NCBI GenBank assembly: GCA_003693705.1
Contig: RBZT01000215.1
Span: 83,552 to 147,551 of the forward strand
From: Polymyxa betae A26-41
Taxonomy: Eukaryota; Protista; Endomyxa: Phytomyxea
Direction: 5' to 3'
DNA: 64,000 nt
This document shows positions 1 through 11,814 of this stretch, piece by piece. Each line of letters opens with the position of its first letter. The first letter of the stretch is position 1. The notes under the pieces were generated by a model that was given only the letters and a program-made list of their open reading frames with translations, was not told the DNA's origin and did no database searches. Position numbers and translations under genes: made by a program.

Positions 1-80
1 AAAAGTCGATACCATACAGAGTCATGGCGAAATGGCGAAACACCCTCATGTCTGTATTATTAAGAGGACATTTTTGTGGA

Positions 81-1621
81 TTAAAACGGATCGGTCGGTC
101 GCTGGGGCCGATATCGCCTCCGAATCGCATTCTCACCTCTATCGGCCACCAAGATAACTGGCAACGCTATGCTGTCGCCTTCTTCTCGGTAAGTCGCCAT
201 CAAGCTCTCGGCATATCGCTTTAATTTCTCCTTCTCGTCATGGTCTCCTAATTTCACCATGTGCTGCTGATCCTGCTCCCGCTCGCGTTTCTTCTCTTCC
301 TGGAAAACACCTCAATGCTGATGGAACACAACCGAATTCGTGATACCATTTGCACTCTATGAAATTGTGCCAGTTGTCGCGTACGTTCACGATTGGCTCG
401 GCCAGCTTCAAGCTGTGACGCCTCATATTCGGCCAAGGCGCGCTGCGCTTCGCGCAAATCCCTTTCGCGTTGATGGCGCTCTTCTTGGCGATTTTTAGCT
501 TTGGCTTCCATCTGGACAGCAACCATCGTCTCCATCTCTTGCTGGGCTTGCTGTCGTTTCTTATTGTTGCCATTTTCGATGGATTGCTCAATGGCCTGAA
601 TTTTTTCGCTCTCAGTTTGGGATGAATCGGGCGGCACTCGCGACAGCGAGTCAATAACGCGCTGGTTGAAGCGTTCACGCTGCTCTCTTCGGATTCGGGT
701 GCGTTCGTCTTGTTTCGCTTTGAGGATATCGACCCTGCGCTGGTGTTCGTTGGCATTGCAAATAGCCTGTTTCAATTCGTCGATATCGCGAGCTTTGCTG
801 AGAGCGATTTCTTCGGCGTGCGCTCGCTGAGCATTCAACCTCTCTTCTTTGGTGCGATATTGCTGTCGAATTCGTTCGCGTTCTTGTTCTTCGTCTTCTG
901 AACGAATCTGCGCCAACCTGTTGCGGATACGTTCGCCTTCTCGTTGCTCTTCTAGTTTCGCCTGCCTGCGCTTGACCTCTGCGAGCGCCTTTTGCGCTAA
1001 GATTTCGGCTGCGTTTTGTTTCTGCTTCATTTTGCGTTGCATGAGTTTCTGATGTTCTTCACGGTCTGCGGCTTCTCGTTCTGCTTCCACGCCGGCTCGG
1101 AAATGCTCTTCTTTGAGGCGATCATCTTGCTCCATTAATTTCTTCACCTGAGAGAAACATCAGAAAGTTTGACGTCACGTACTGTTATCTGAACTTTTCG
1201 ACAGAACCGACGCTCGATTAGCACTTCGCTAAGTAGGCCTGCACTGGTTAGCTTCCTGACTGCTTCGCCCTGTTCGAAATGGATTTTCTGCGCTCGTTCA
1301 ATAATCGTTTGACGTTCGGCCTGGCGGATTCTCTCTTCCTGAGCTTCCAGCATTTGCTCGCGCTGCTCCGCCAGTTCCATTCGACGAGCGCGAGCCGCCA
1401 GAGCCTGTTCGCGCTGAGCCTCCAGCGTGTTTTTCCAAGTCTTTACTCGAGCAGAGCTCCTTTTCTGTAAATCTTGCATCTGATAGGTAGGTTAGATGAT
1501 AGTTTTGATATTTGATTACGTTCACTCTTCGCTGGCGAGCTGAGCATGAATCAGCATTCTGCCCATAAACGGACGATTTAATTCTTTCCAAATTTAAGCT
1601 TGTAATGATCGCCGATGCCAT
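81..1621 (-). CDS. CFAP210: Cilia/flagella-associated coiled-coil protein, CFAP210/CCDC173-like (trichohyalin-plectin-homology family), multi-exon
   Basis: ATG at 1621; ORFs 1298-1621, 1144-1479 and 254-1147 join through short GT-AG introns. The segment 'RSSARVKTWKNTLEAQR...IIERAQKIHFEQGEAVRKLTSAGLLSEVLIER' resembles the CCDC173 N-terminal motif, followed by an E/R/Q/K-rich coiled coil. The last exon ends ...RPTDPF* at 81-83. Confidence 0.7.
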
Positions 1622-1777
1622 GAATGAGGAAAACCTCTAACAGCAATACAGATCGGATCCAATCTCTACTACTTGCGAAGATATTTATCAGATTGTCGGC
1701 AACCATCTGTCTTACACCATAAGTATTTTCGACGAACTGAGGTTAGAATTATAACTGTAGATGGATATATATTATCT

Positions 1778-2800
1778 TTAATTAAGCAATCTTTCACTAT
1801 AAACCATTAGCCGATGATATTGACTACGCTGCTGTCGGTACTGCTTGATGAAATCATCTTCAGGAATAGACCCAGTTACGTATTGGTCGTGTAGATTCTC
1901 GCAAGAAATATCAATACGATCGGCCTTTTCTTGTAGCAATCTGGAGACCGAAACTGGGGAAGATTGCAGCAGAATCTTCTGTTGACGTTGATGGACGGTT
2001 TCCCATACAGCCAGCTGTTCTCTTATTTCAGATTGCAATGCACCAATCTCCTCTCGCAGCTGCTCTACGCGTTTTTCCTCTTCCAAATTCTCATTCGCGA
2101 CTTTGGTTACCTCTTGTTCAATCCCTTGCCTTAAAGACAATATAGCTGACCACAACGGCAACTTTTGCACAAAATCTTCCAAAGCAACCTCGTCAGTGAC
2201 GATTTTCGCTAGCTGCTCCGGCGACAACCTTTTCAGTTCCTCGATTTCCTGAGGAATGGGAGGAAGAGCAATGGCGCTCGGATGCATAGCATCCTTGTTA
2301 GAGGGTTGTTCCTGTTGCGATGGCTGCTGTGGCGGCCGATTACTAGCCATTTCGGCAAGTATCGATGGAGGGTTGTTAACAAACTCATTCACAATATTTT
2401 GTATAAGGCCGCCAAGAGGTGTCTGAGGATCCCATCCGCTAGTGAGCTGAGGATTAATGACAGTTGAGTCTTGCAACAGTCGATGGGAGATCCCGACCAC
2501 GGAAACCGTTATGTTTGGTGGCACTACAGGAAACTCATCTGGGAGCCGTCTGAAAGGCAATTAGAAAGAATAAAAACAGTTAAATTCGAACGCACATTAA
2601 CAATAAAAACCGGGTCGTTGCTGTATGGACAGGAAGATCGAACGATTTGCCATCGGGATGGGCAATCACGGATGGATGCATACGCTTCAGATCAGTTATC
2701 TGCATCTGCCGCCTACAAGAGCAATCAATCGACATCGTCGTCACGACGAATCGCCTGCATACGGTCGCTGCTCGGGAGCAGGCTGCTTCCGTCTGAACAT
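1778..2800 (-). CDS. VPS37: ESCRT-I subunit VPS37-like (N-terminal UEV-like region, C-terminal Mod(r) domain), 3 exons
   Basis: ATG at 2800 (MFRRKQPAPEQ), two short introns, then a UEV-like 'LPDEFPVVPPNITV...W...LGGLIQNIVNEFVNNPP' and a Mod(r)-like C-terminus 'EELKRLSPEQL...FIKQYRQQRSQYHRL'. Confidence 0.75.
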
Positions 2801-3260
2801 GATTCGTCCCTACTTCCTGCCTTTTATAGAGACCGATTTCGTATGGCAGCTGCTAGAGGCAGGATAATGAGTATCGTAAAACAGCGGGCTGAAAGTTGCG
2901 AATTCGCAGACCCAGCTGTCTCCTATTTAATCCATTACAGATTTCTCACTTTATCATTCTGCTATTCGCTCGTCTGTCGTCATGAGGCCTGTGCGGCCGC
3001 GTTCAACAGATTCCATCCCGAGAGGTTCTCCTGTGGTTTTCATTGACAGTCATTTTCGTTTTGCTGGTCGTTCTCGAAGAATCTTCGATGTTACAGTCGT
3101 TGTTCTGTTTTATCCCTTTCAGTCCGCTTTGTCTCTGTATGTGACACAATCCAAGACCGATATAGAAGTGACTCAACTAAAGCGTTAACACAAATTTGCC
3201 TACTTTGGGCGCGTGCCGCCTGGAATGTTTATTCTGCTGGCTGGAACGGGCCAGTCCAAA

Positions 3261-3941
3261 ATGCAATACTTCCAATTCATGCAGAATTGCCAAATCTTGT
3301 TGATTGTCATTCTCGCCTGTACAATTCCGACTTTTGATGCCCAATGTTCATCGCTGGTTGTCAACGGCTTCTTCAACAATGAAAGTACCACAAGGAATGC
3401 TTTGGGCGAGCTGTCAGGTGATGATGGCACCACTCAAGGCGTCAGCATCGTTGGCGGCCGTCTCATCATACAGACCAAACCAGGTGTCGCCGGAGGGTGG
3501 TATACCGATATCGATTCTGGCTGTAAAAATGTTTCCAGTCAAAATTTCGATCAAGTCGAAGTTGTTTGGTCAAACAGCTCTCCATCAACTTTAGTTATTT
3601 CAGTACTATGGGCCGCTGACGAAACAGCTTGTCAAACACGGACCTGGACGACAACATCTGCTGGTGCTGACAGCGGCGTCATTGGTGATACAAGCAAGAC
3701 GACGTCTTTTCAGCTAACGCCTCAGATGACAGCCGGATTACACGCGATCTATCTTGGCTTGCCAGCCCAAGAGAGCTCCACTACCTACAGCATTCGTAGC
3801 ATTCGTCTGGTCCAAACACGCAATTGTGTATTGTCGGCAACGAAATCGGTACGGGCCAGCAACACAGCGCTGAGCCTGTCGTTGGCGTTCGTGTTGATTC
3901 TGGTCACTTTCACATTTACTAGCATGGTCTTCATAAACTGA
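3261..3941 (+). CDS. Intronless secreted or GPI-anchored protein of unknown function
   Basis: Hydrophobic signal-like N-terminus (QILLIVILACTIPTFDA), S/T/G-rich body with Cys residues, hydrophobic C-terminal tail (ALSLSLAFVLILVTFTFTSMVFIN). Confidence 0.65.
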   Translation: MQYFQFMQNCQILLIVILACTIPTFDAQCSSLVVNGFFNNESTTRNALGELSGDDGTTQGVSIVGGRLIIQTKPGVAGGWYTDIDSGCKNVSSQNFDQVEVVWSNSSPSTLVISVLWAADETACQTRTWTTTSAGADSGVIGDTSKTTSFQLTPQMTAGLHAIYLGLPAQESSTTYSIRSIRLVQTRNCVLSATKSVRASNTALSLSLAFVLILVTFTFTSMVFIN

Positions 3942-4207
3942 TAAAATCTAAATCCAGGAGTTTATTTAGGATGTCATTCTTCCAGGCTCAGAATCATTAC
4001 CAATGGAGCGACATTACTTCTGATCAAATCTCGATCGAACTTCGATAGTTATCGAATTTTCGTCAAGCAGGCGCGACCTGGCCCTTTGACTGAGTAACAT
4101 TAACATATCGAAGTTCGTCGTCGTCAAAGGCAGACAGGGCGCGACCCTCACGGACCCTGTAGGTACTCAGGTCTGGGGTGAGTTTGGGGCGCTGGGCTCT
4201 ACTCACG

Positions 4208-7020
4208 ATGTCAACTGCTACAGCTGATATCGATTCGCTCTTGAAAGAGACCGACCAATTCTTGACCCAGCATAATTTGGCGAAGCCGACGCCTGCTGAG
4301 GCCGCCAATATTGCTACAGATACGGATGACGACGATCCGGTGTCGGGAAAACAGGTCGATCGTTTGCTGAGGGATACCGATTCCCTGCTTCGGGACATCA
4401 GCCAGGTTTCGGCATCGCCACCACCTCCGCCGCCGCCGTTTCACGACGATTCCGATGATTCGTTATCGTACCAGAATGTGAAATCGATGCGGTTGTCGTT
4501 CGATGAATCGGACAGTGATGTAGCGGCTTTGGCTGAAGAGGTGGAGACACGCCCCAGTATTTATGAACCAATCTCTCTTCGCCAAAGTTCAGATTCCATT
4601 CTACAAGACACCGATTTATTATCAGGAGAAGGTTCCTGCTATTCGCTGTATCAGAATCGTTGTCGGTTGTTGACAGATTGTAGATTTTTCGAATCTGAAT
4701 CGAGTTCTAACGAGATGCGGGTTTCCTTGCTTCGAAAGCTCGGAGCCGACGCGCTCGGAGCTCCACAAGACATTGGTTTCGGTTTTATCACAATACGAAG
4801 TCAAAGGCGATCTGATTCAAAATCTGCTTGATCAACAAAGTCGAGTAATGTGCCGACTTTTTACATTTCTGATCCTTACTGGCATTTTGTAGGAAAAATC
4901 GTCGAACTCCCAAACGGAATATCTCGAGGCCACCAATAAATCCCTGAATGCGAAGCTTAAAGAAGCTCATCGTACAATAGAGGTCGAAGTCCTATAATGG
5001 GCATTCATCTCCAAACTCTGATTTGCTGATTCTGGCTTAGGCCCTAAGAGATTCGAACTTGAATCGTGCAGGCCCGGATGCAGATGACCTGGCGGCTAAG
5101 AATGAGCTGGCTCGTCTTCGATCGAAGACCCAGTCGCTTAAGTCGAAAATCTCGCTACTGGAGAATGAGATTCGTAAGAAAGAATCAGCTTTAGATCAGA
5201 TGAGAGAAACAATCGCGAAACATAACGCCAAGGTTAGAGAAAACGACTTCGGGAACTCTGCTTGCATGCTTATGTATGACCCGTAATAGGAGGAGCTCCG
5301 TCGGCAACGAGAATCGGATCTTTTCCGAAAGATGTTCGAGCGTGGCGCACGACCAAAAGATGCCCGGACTCTTGAGATGATCGGCGCTTTCGAATCACAG
5401 CGCACCCGAATGCAGGACGAAATCGATATGCTTTCACGACGTCTTGCCCATCTAACTGAGGACGACGTCCGACGAACAGATCATCGTTATGATGAAGAGC
5501 TGTAATTCTTTACGCTTACAGAGTTGTGGCGCTCCTGTAACGCGATTTGACAGGCGTGGAACGTTGGATCAGCTCAGAGCCGACAATGCCCGATTGAATG
5601 AGGAACTCAATGTTCGTCCTACCAAGAAACTATGGGATGACATAAACAATGAGCTGAAAGTTGCTAAGGCTCAGCTGGCGGAAGCTCGGAGGTTTGTATC
5701 TTGGATGAATATGAACTTCTGTTTAACGTTGTCTCAGCGTGGCAGATGTCCGGAAACGGCTATCAACTCGTGAGCTGATCGATCGCGATGTTCATCGTAA
5801 ATCTGTCCGAATTGATGATTTACCGCAAGCGATCTGTGTAGAGATTTTACAAGACATCTGTCGAATTCTGGAGCTGGACGATGTCGTGCTGATTACGCCG
5901 GCTGTTAAACAGATATGTGCTGCTGTCACCAAGATTCCACTTCTTCAAAACGTGAATAAGCTCCGTTTTCTTAGATTTTTTGGTTCAGGCTTGAAATTTC
6001 TTGGCCCGTTTTCCCACCAACGTAGGAACTGATTCTAATGTGTAGTTTGTAAGCGAGATCGTGAAAATATCGGGTCTCGAGGTTGGGGACGAGGTCGCTG
6101 TTGTCGCGAATCGAGTCATTCCAGTGATCCGTTCCTGGAAGAAAGATATGAGAACGCTGGCACAATTGGAAACGTTCCAGCGAGATCTCTGGCATCGCTT
6201 ACAAACGCGAAGTAGGACCGCGGTTCCTCGATCGAAGTCAGAGCCTGGATCCGAAAGCCAGGTAGGAGGACACCACGAGTCCAATCCAATCTTTATATCT
6301 GTTTAGTGTGCTGCGATTTTGGCCGCCGTTGATGAGCTAATTTGCACGGAAGCTTCCCTTCTCGATACCAGAGAGGCTTATCAGAATCTTGACGAACATC
6401 TAAAAGTAGCGTTTTCTTGTGGTCAAAAATGCTACTGCATTTCTGAGTCTTGCTAGGAGCGACCCGACATTCTGTGCAACAAGATCGTCCAGCATTTCAT
6501 GCAACTGTTCAATGTGGAATCTATTGAAGGACTACTGCCGGCAATGAGCAGAATCAGCGTCGATATGGAATCGACTCGAAACTTCCTCAGAGCGGTTCGC
6601 TCAATCTTGCGCCTGGATCCGAACGCTTCCGTATCAACCATCATGTCACGAATCGAGCGCCTTACTGGCGGTACAGCAGATGGTGATCGTCACGATGAGG
6701 CTGATTTCCAGACTGTCGATACCTTGATTCAAGCACGAGGGTTGCTCAGGGTTGACAAAAATGGTGACGTCCTGGGTGCATGTAGAAAGTAAGCGAATCA
6801 GATGGCCGGAATCTTGCTAAAATCGTTTCAGGTTGATGGATAGATGCGCGTTATACGACAGCCTTTTCCCTCGTGTTGACCGCATGATTAACAGGTTATT
6901 CAACATTCTCCATGTCCGACATATGGTAAGCTGCTATTGTCCTGAGTCGATCGATACTTTCCTCAAGCATTTTAGGATGAGATTGTGCCCGCTGTACAGA
7001 GGCTGGCAATAGCCACCTAA
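4208..7020 (+). CDS. CEP70: Centrosomal coiled-coil protein, CEP70-like, multi-exon
   Basis: Acidic/Pro N-terminus and coiled-coil exons. The C-terminal 'KIVQHFMQLFNVESIEGLLPAMSRI...NFLRAVRSILRLDPNAS' resembles the CEP70 C-terminal block. About ten short GT-AG introns join the ORF fragments; TAA at 7018-7020. Confidence 0.65.
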
Positions 7021-7151
7021 TCTGGACCTGTGCTACCAATCATTGTACAAACAATAACTTTATTTTAAAAAATGTCTTCAAAATTTATTTAAAAATGCGC
7101 ATTATTTTCTCTGAGGTAATTGACTTTTTCTTGTCATGTGTTCATTGTTTT

Positions 7152-9836
7152 ATGGAGCATGGCGATCTTCGGTTTCGTTGGAGATCCGCCGGCCGCGCTG
7201 ATGGCATTGCTGCCGTATACGCTGGCAGCCATACTGTCACCTACTCCCTTCTACGATCATATGTCGACGAAGTCGCTTCCTATCTGGCACCATATTCCGG
7301 TTGCATCGCCATAGCGTATGATCGCTCTCTTGAAGCCCTCATTACAGCCCTAGCATGTTTACAATGCGACAATATTTGGTTCACGCCTATCACTGATCGT
7401 TGCGACGACGTCCTACGCGAGACCGACCCGATCTTAGTCGTCGCACCTGCTGATTTCTTTGTTCCCAATTCGTATACACGGGCTACTATCGAATTCATAG
7501 ACGACCAAGTCCTGATCGTTTCCGACCCGATTACCAAACAATTTGCTGCGAATGACGATCGATGTTGCTGCTTGTTTACATCGGGATCCGGCAGTGTCCC
7601 GAAACGCGCCATCATCCGCTGGACGGCTCTCTCCAATCGATTACGCTGGATGTGGACGACCTACCCGTTTCAACCCGGGTCACGTCTTGCATGGACGACC
7701 TCTATCACGTTCGTCGATTCGCTCTGGCAGATATTCGGCGCCGTACTGACCGGTGCCACAGTGGTTATTATTCCAGCGACTACCTGCCGTGATCTGCGTC
7801 TTCTGAATCGGACGATCATCGATCTAAAAGTGACCCATCTTGTATCGATACCGAGCGTTGCTCGTGGTCTGGTCTCCGGCTGCTGGTCGGACCCAGCACA
7901 ACGTCCCGTCGATCTGCAGCAGATTGTGTGCAGTGGTGAACCGTTAGAGACGACCTTGGCCATACAGCTGCGCTGTCTGTTCCCTTCCACCATCTTATTG
8001 AACTTGTACGGATGCACTGAAGCCATGGGCGACTCCCTGGTTTTCGAATGGTCGCGCTCCTCGATCGTCAATTGGACAGAACCCATCTGCCCTATCGGAT
8101 ATCCGATCCCAGGCAATACCATCACTTTCGACACTGACAACCAGATCGTGATTTCGGGCCAACAGGTCTGTGCTGGCCCAGTCGCAACAGGGGATATCGG
8201 GCGGTGTGATGGCAAGGGCCTGTATCACTATGTAGGACGTGCGAATCGTTGCATCAAACGTAATGGTCAATGGGTCTCTCTAGACCAAATCGAATCGCGT
8301 TTGCATAGCCATGGGCGGGTATGCCAGGCCGTCGTCGTCCACGAGAACCACGACGTTCTGGTCGGGGTCGTGCACGCCCCGAGCATGACGACGGCCGAGC
8401 TACGCGCTTACTGTGCCACGACGCTGCGACCTTTCGAGATCCCGGACCAATGGATCGTGGTGGGAGGCGCCTTGCCTCGGACACCCAGCTGGAAGCCCGA
8501 TATCCCGAAGATCTGCCAGATGGTGTCGGTGTCGGCGGATCCCCGACATCGGGCGAGTACGGTCGCCATCCTCGGCGACGTGCTTTGCAAAACGCTGGGC
8601 GTTGATGCAATCGGGGAGCACGACCCGATCTTGGACCGATACGGGCTGGATTCGCTACGGGCTACGTTGGCGTTCGGCGTCATCTGTCAGCGGCTGGGAT
8701 TGGATTCCGCCCTTTTGCGTCCTGCACATCTGGCCACATTCCCGACGTTAGCCGCGCTCGCAACGTTTGCCGAGACGCAGATGAAGGCATCTCCGCTGCC
8801 CAGAAAGCGACATAAGCCGAGCCGTGATATTGCAGGCGCTGCGAAATTGGTGGCGTTTTGGTCTGTCGATACCGGCTCATGTGTGGATACTGGCCCAGTC
8901 CTCCTATCCGACTCGCTATTGGTTGCAGTTTCGCATTCGGGTGCGGTCGTGGCGATCGCTCTGCATTCCGGCTTCGTCATCTTTACCAATACGTTGCCAT
9001 CGCGAATCGAAACGTCACCGATGATCTTCAGGAATCGGATCGTGGTCTGCTGTCGAAATTCGACTGTTTATGGATTGGACAGGGAAGATGGTGCCGTACG
9101 TTGGCAGGTCGTACTGCCCGACCAGGTTCGTGCCGTTCCAGTCGCCATCGATGATCGTCGTCTCGCGCTATCTTGCTATTCTGGTTCACTCTGTATCGTA
9201 TCTATATCTGATGACGAAGTGGCTGTGTCTGAGGAAATTGATGGAAAGGGCCCCTTGAGATCGGCACCAGCTTTCGATCAAGCTTCAGACATGCTCGTGA
9301 TTGCGTCACTGAAAGGAATCGTCTATGGATACAGTCTTGCTACTTCGGAGCATTGCTGGTCGTATCCTGTCGGATGCCCTGTGTTTGCAGACCCCACCTT
9401 ATCGGGTGATCATGTTTATATATTAACTGCCCGTGGTGACGTCTTCTGCCTGTGTTTAAGAGATGGCCGGCCGATCTCGTATATCTTTCTAGATGCACAA
9501 ATATTCGCCACGCCGACTATTTCTAACGACCTGATTTTAATCGCTACCCAAAATAGGGGCCTGTTCTGTTATAGTCTATCTCTGAAAGAATGTCATTGGG
9601 TCTGGCACCCTTACGGTGTCCAGTATTGTTCGCCCGCGGTTGTTCTTGATTGTCTAATCTATATTTGTTCCACGTCTGGCCGAATCGAAGTGTTGCGCTT
9701 AAGCAAGACGGTACCCGAATTGCTGACCTTCTACCAGCTATCAGATGAATCGTTCGCTACCCCGGTTGTTCACGATGACTTTTTATTGATCGGATGTCGT
9801 GATGATCATATCCATTGTTTGAGATTACAATCATGA
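7152..9836 (+). CDS. AASDH: AASDH/ACSF4-like NRPS-type protein: adenylation domain, phosphopantetheine carrier and PQQ-type beta-propeller; intronless
   Basis: Adenylation motifs LFTSGSGSVPK, NLYGCTE, ATGDIGR, GRANRCIKRNG, LPRTPSWKPD; carrier motif GLDSL (about 8643-8657); propeller repeats beginning 'WSVDTGSCVDTGP' and ending 'IGCRDDHIHCL'. Confidence 0.85.
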   Translation: MEHGDLRFRWRSAGRADGIAAVYAGSHTVTYSLLRSYVDEVASYLAPYSGCIAIAYDRSLEALITALACLQCDNIWFTPITDRCDDVLRETDPILVVAPADFFVPNSYTRATIEFIDDQVLIVSDPITKQFAANDDRCCCLFTSGSGSVPKRAIIRWTALSNRLRWMWTTYPFQPGSRLAWTTSITFVDSLWQIFGAVLTGATVVIIPATTCRDLRLLNRTIIDLKVTHLVSIPSVARGLVSGCWSDPAQRPVDLQQIVCSGEPLETTLAIQLRCLFPSTILLNLYGCTEAMGDSLVFEWSRSSIVNWTEPICPIGYPIPGNTITFDTDNQIVISGQQVCAGPVATGDIGRCDGKGLYHYVGRANRCIKRNGQWVSLDQIESRLHSHGRVCQAVVVHENHDVLVGVVHAPSMTTAELRAYCATTLRPFEIPDQWIVVGGALPRTPSWKPDIPKICQMVSVSADPRHRASTVAILGDVLCKTLGVDAIGEHDPILDRYGLDSLRATLAFGVICQRLGLDSALLRPAHLATFPTLAALATFAETQMKASPLPRKRHKPSRDIAGAAKLVAFWSVDTGSCVDTGPVLLSDSLLVAVSHSGAVVAIALHSGFVIFTNTLPSRIETSPMIFRNRIVVCCRNSTVYGLDREDGAVRWQVVLPDQVRAVPVAIDDRRLALSCYSGSLCIVSISDDEVAVSEEIDGKGPLRSAPAFDQASDMLVIASLKGIVYGYSLATSEHCWSYPVGCPVFADPTLSGDHVYILTARGDVFCLCLRDGRPISYIFLDAQIFATPTISNDLILIATQNRGLFCYSLSLKECHWVWHPYGVQYCSPAVVLDCLIYICSTSGRIEVLRLSKTVPELLTFYQLSDESFATPVVHDDFLLIGCRDDHIHCLRLQS

Positions 9837-10001
9837 TACGTACCTAATCTTCAAGATCATGATCAAGAGGAGTCAAATATGTTCCTTGCAAAGATCGTAA
9901 TAAGATTGATGCCGCTCATGCATTTTATGGCTCGCACAATGAATCAGTCCAAATCATCACAACCAGCGCGTGCCCGTCATATGGTACATTCTTTATTACA
10001 T

Positions 10002-11428
10002 TCACTTTTTGCCTGTGAAGTCGGCTTGGCTTTGTGAAAAAAGCGACTTTAATGCTTGGTTTTTCGATAAGCAACTGCGAAGCCTTTCGTATGTCTGCTC
10101 TGAATCGTCTTCGGTTCCCGATTCCAATTTTTGCATCAAGGCGTCGGCATCGTCTTTGCAAACAATGGAGCCCATGCAGTAGTTTAGTGCCATTGCAGAT
10201 TTAGCATGTTTTATAGGATCATCAGCAGTATTCATGAACTGCAACAAAGCGGATCCACATCGCGATTTTACCTAAAAACAAACTCAGTACAACAATAAAG
10301 TTGACACCAGTGCATACCAGTTTTCGAATATCGTCATCGGAAGGGTCTCGAGGAATATTCGAGTGATCTTCTACCGGATCCAGGGTTTCTCCAGTATTTG
10401 AAAATAGGTTCTGGACGCGATCCATACAGCTCTCGAAAGAATCCAGAGCCGGTCGAACATCGATTTTGATGGACTGAACACTAACTGTGTCATGAAGGCC
10501 AGGAACTTTGTCTTTCTGCACTCCACTTTCATCGTGATAATAATCAAGAACATATCGAACCTCCTGTCCTGAATGAAAAGTCAAAAATCAATTCTCTTTT
10601 TGACATTCTAAAATGCTACCACATCGATCAACAATCCAATCGTGCCGGTCAAACGGAACGCCATATCCAAGCTTGCTTTTAATCCAGGCTTTTGGTGTCA
10701 GCTGATCAGGCCTTCCCATAAAACGGAGCAGAGTCGGATTAGGACACGATTTGCACTTCTCTAATGCCAATAAGTTTCTATCGCGTCCCCTATCAAGATG
10801 TACAGGTACCCCATTGAAGCAACTGGCGCCACCTACAGGACCACAGATGAATCATACAGACTAACAATAAGACTCTCATTGCTTACGTTCTCTCATTCAT
10901 ATTGTTGTGAATAGCAACGACCTTATAACAGTTCACAAATAGATATCAAAACGTATGTCATATTAGTCGGCGTACCGTATCTACTTCTTTCTCTGCGACA
11001 TCTTCAGCCTTCCCTTTACGTACCAGAGCATTATAAAACATTTGTGGTGATGGGTCTAAGATGAACATTTTAGCAAGCATTTAAGCCATTGGAATGTTCG
11101 TAGTACAAAGCCAGGTGTTATCAGTTCCTCCTTTCGGGATCGTGGACTGAATTCGATCGGTAGACAGCGGGGCTTTCTGCCCTGGAGCTGGATTCTGATT
11201 CGGATTGACAGCCATTTGATTAGCAGGGTCGATTCGTTCCCCATATACATTGTATACATGCGGGTGCCGATATTTAGCCCGAGTCTTCTCATCGACCGGG
11301 CAGCCAGAAGCCTCAGCATGGTTTACTGGACAGCCAGACAGCTTTGAATCGGCCGGCGTGGACGCGTTGGCATCAGGCGTAATCGGGCAAGCCGAGGCAC
11401 TTTTGGCATCTTGCTGAGTCTCTCCCAT
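10002..11428 (-). CDS. HCCS: Holocytochrome c synthase (cytochrome c heme lyase) with C-terminal extension, multi-exon
   Basis: N-terminal CPI/CPV heme-regulatory motifs; [72 protein letters not shown]. Confidence 0.92.
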
Positions 11429-11814
11429 CGCTATTGTACAGGGAGGCAGAGACGACTGTGGGGCACTGGCCTCGTAACGATCACGCACTCGCGACCCGTC
11501 GCTGTCCAAATCGTATCCCCCCACATTTTGGCACTTGCACTCAGGGCCCCACATTTCATTCATTCAGTCGTCGCTGTCATCTGCACAGGAAGCAAGCTAT
11601 CAAACTGCATGATGAGAACAATCTCAACTCATCCCTCCACATTTCCTCACAGGTAACGTTACCCTCAAGTCTGATTCGCAGACGTGATCCTACCGAGCGC
11701 AATTTCAAAGGCTTTCATTTCTGCTGTCACCTTTCTCCCTCTTTCTCGAGCTCTATCCTTCTCTCTAACTCTCATCACAATCTATATTACTATATTGGAT
11801 TATTGGTGTCGATG

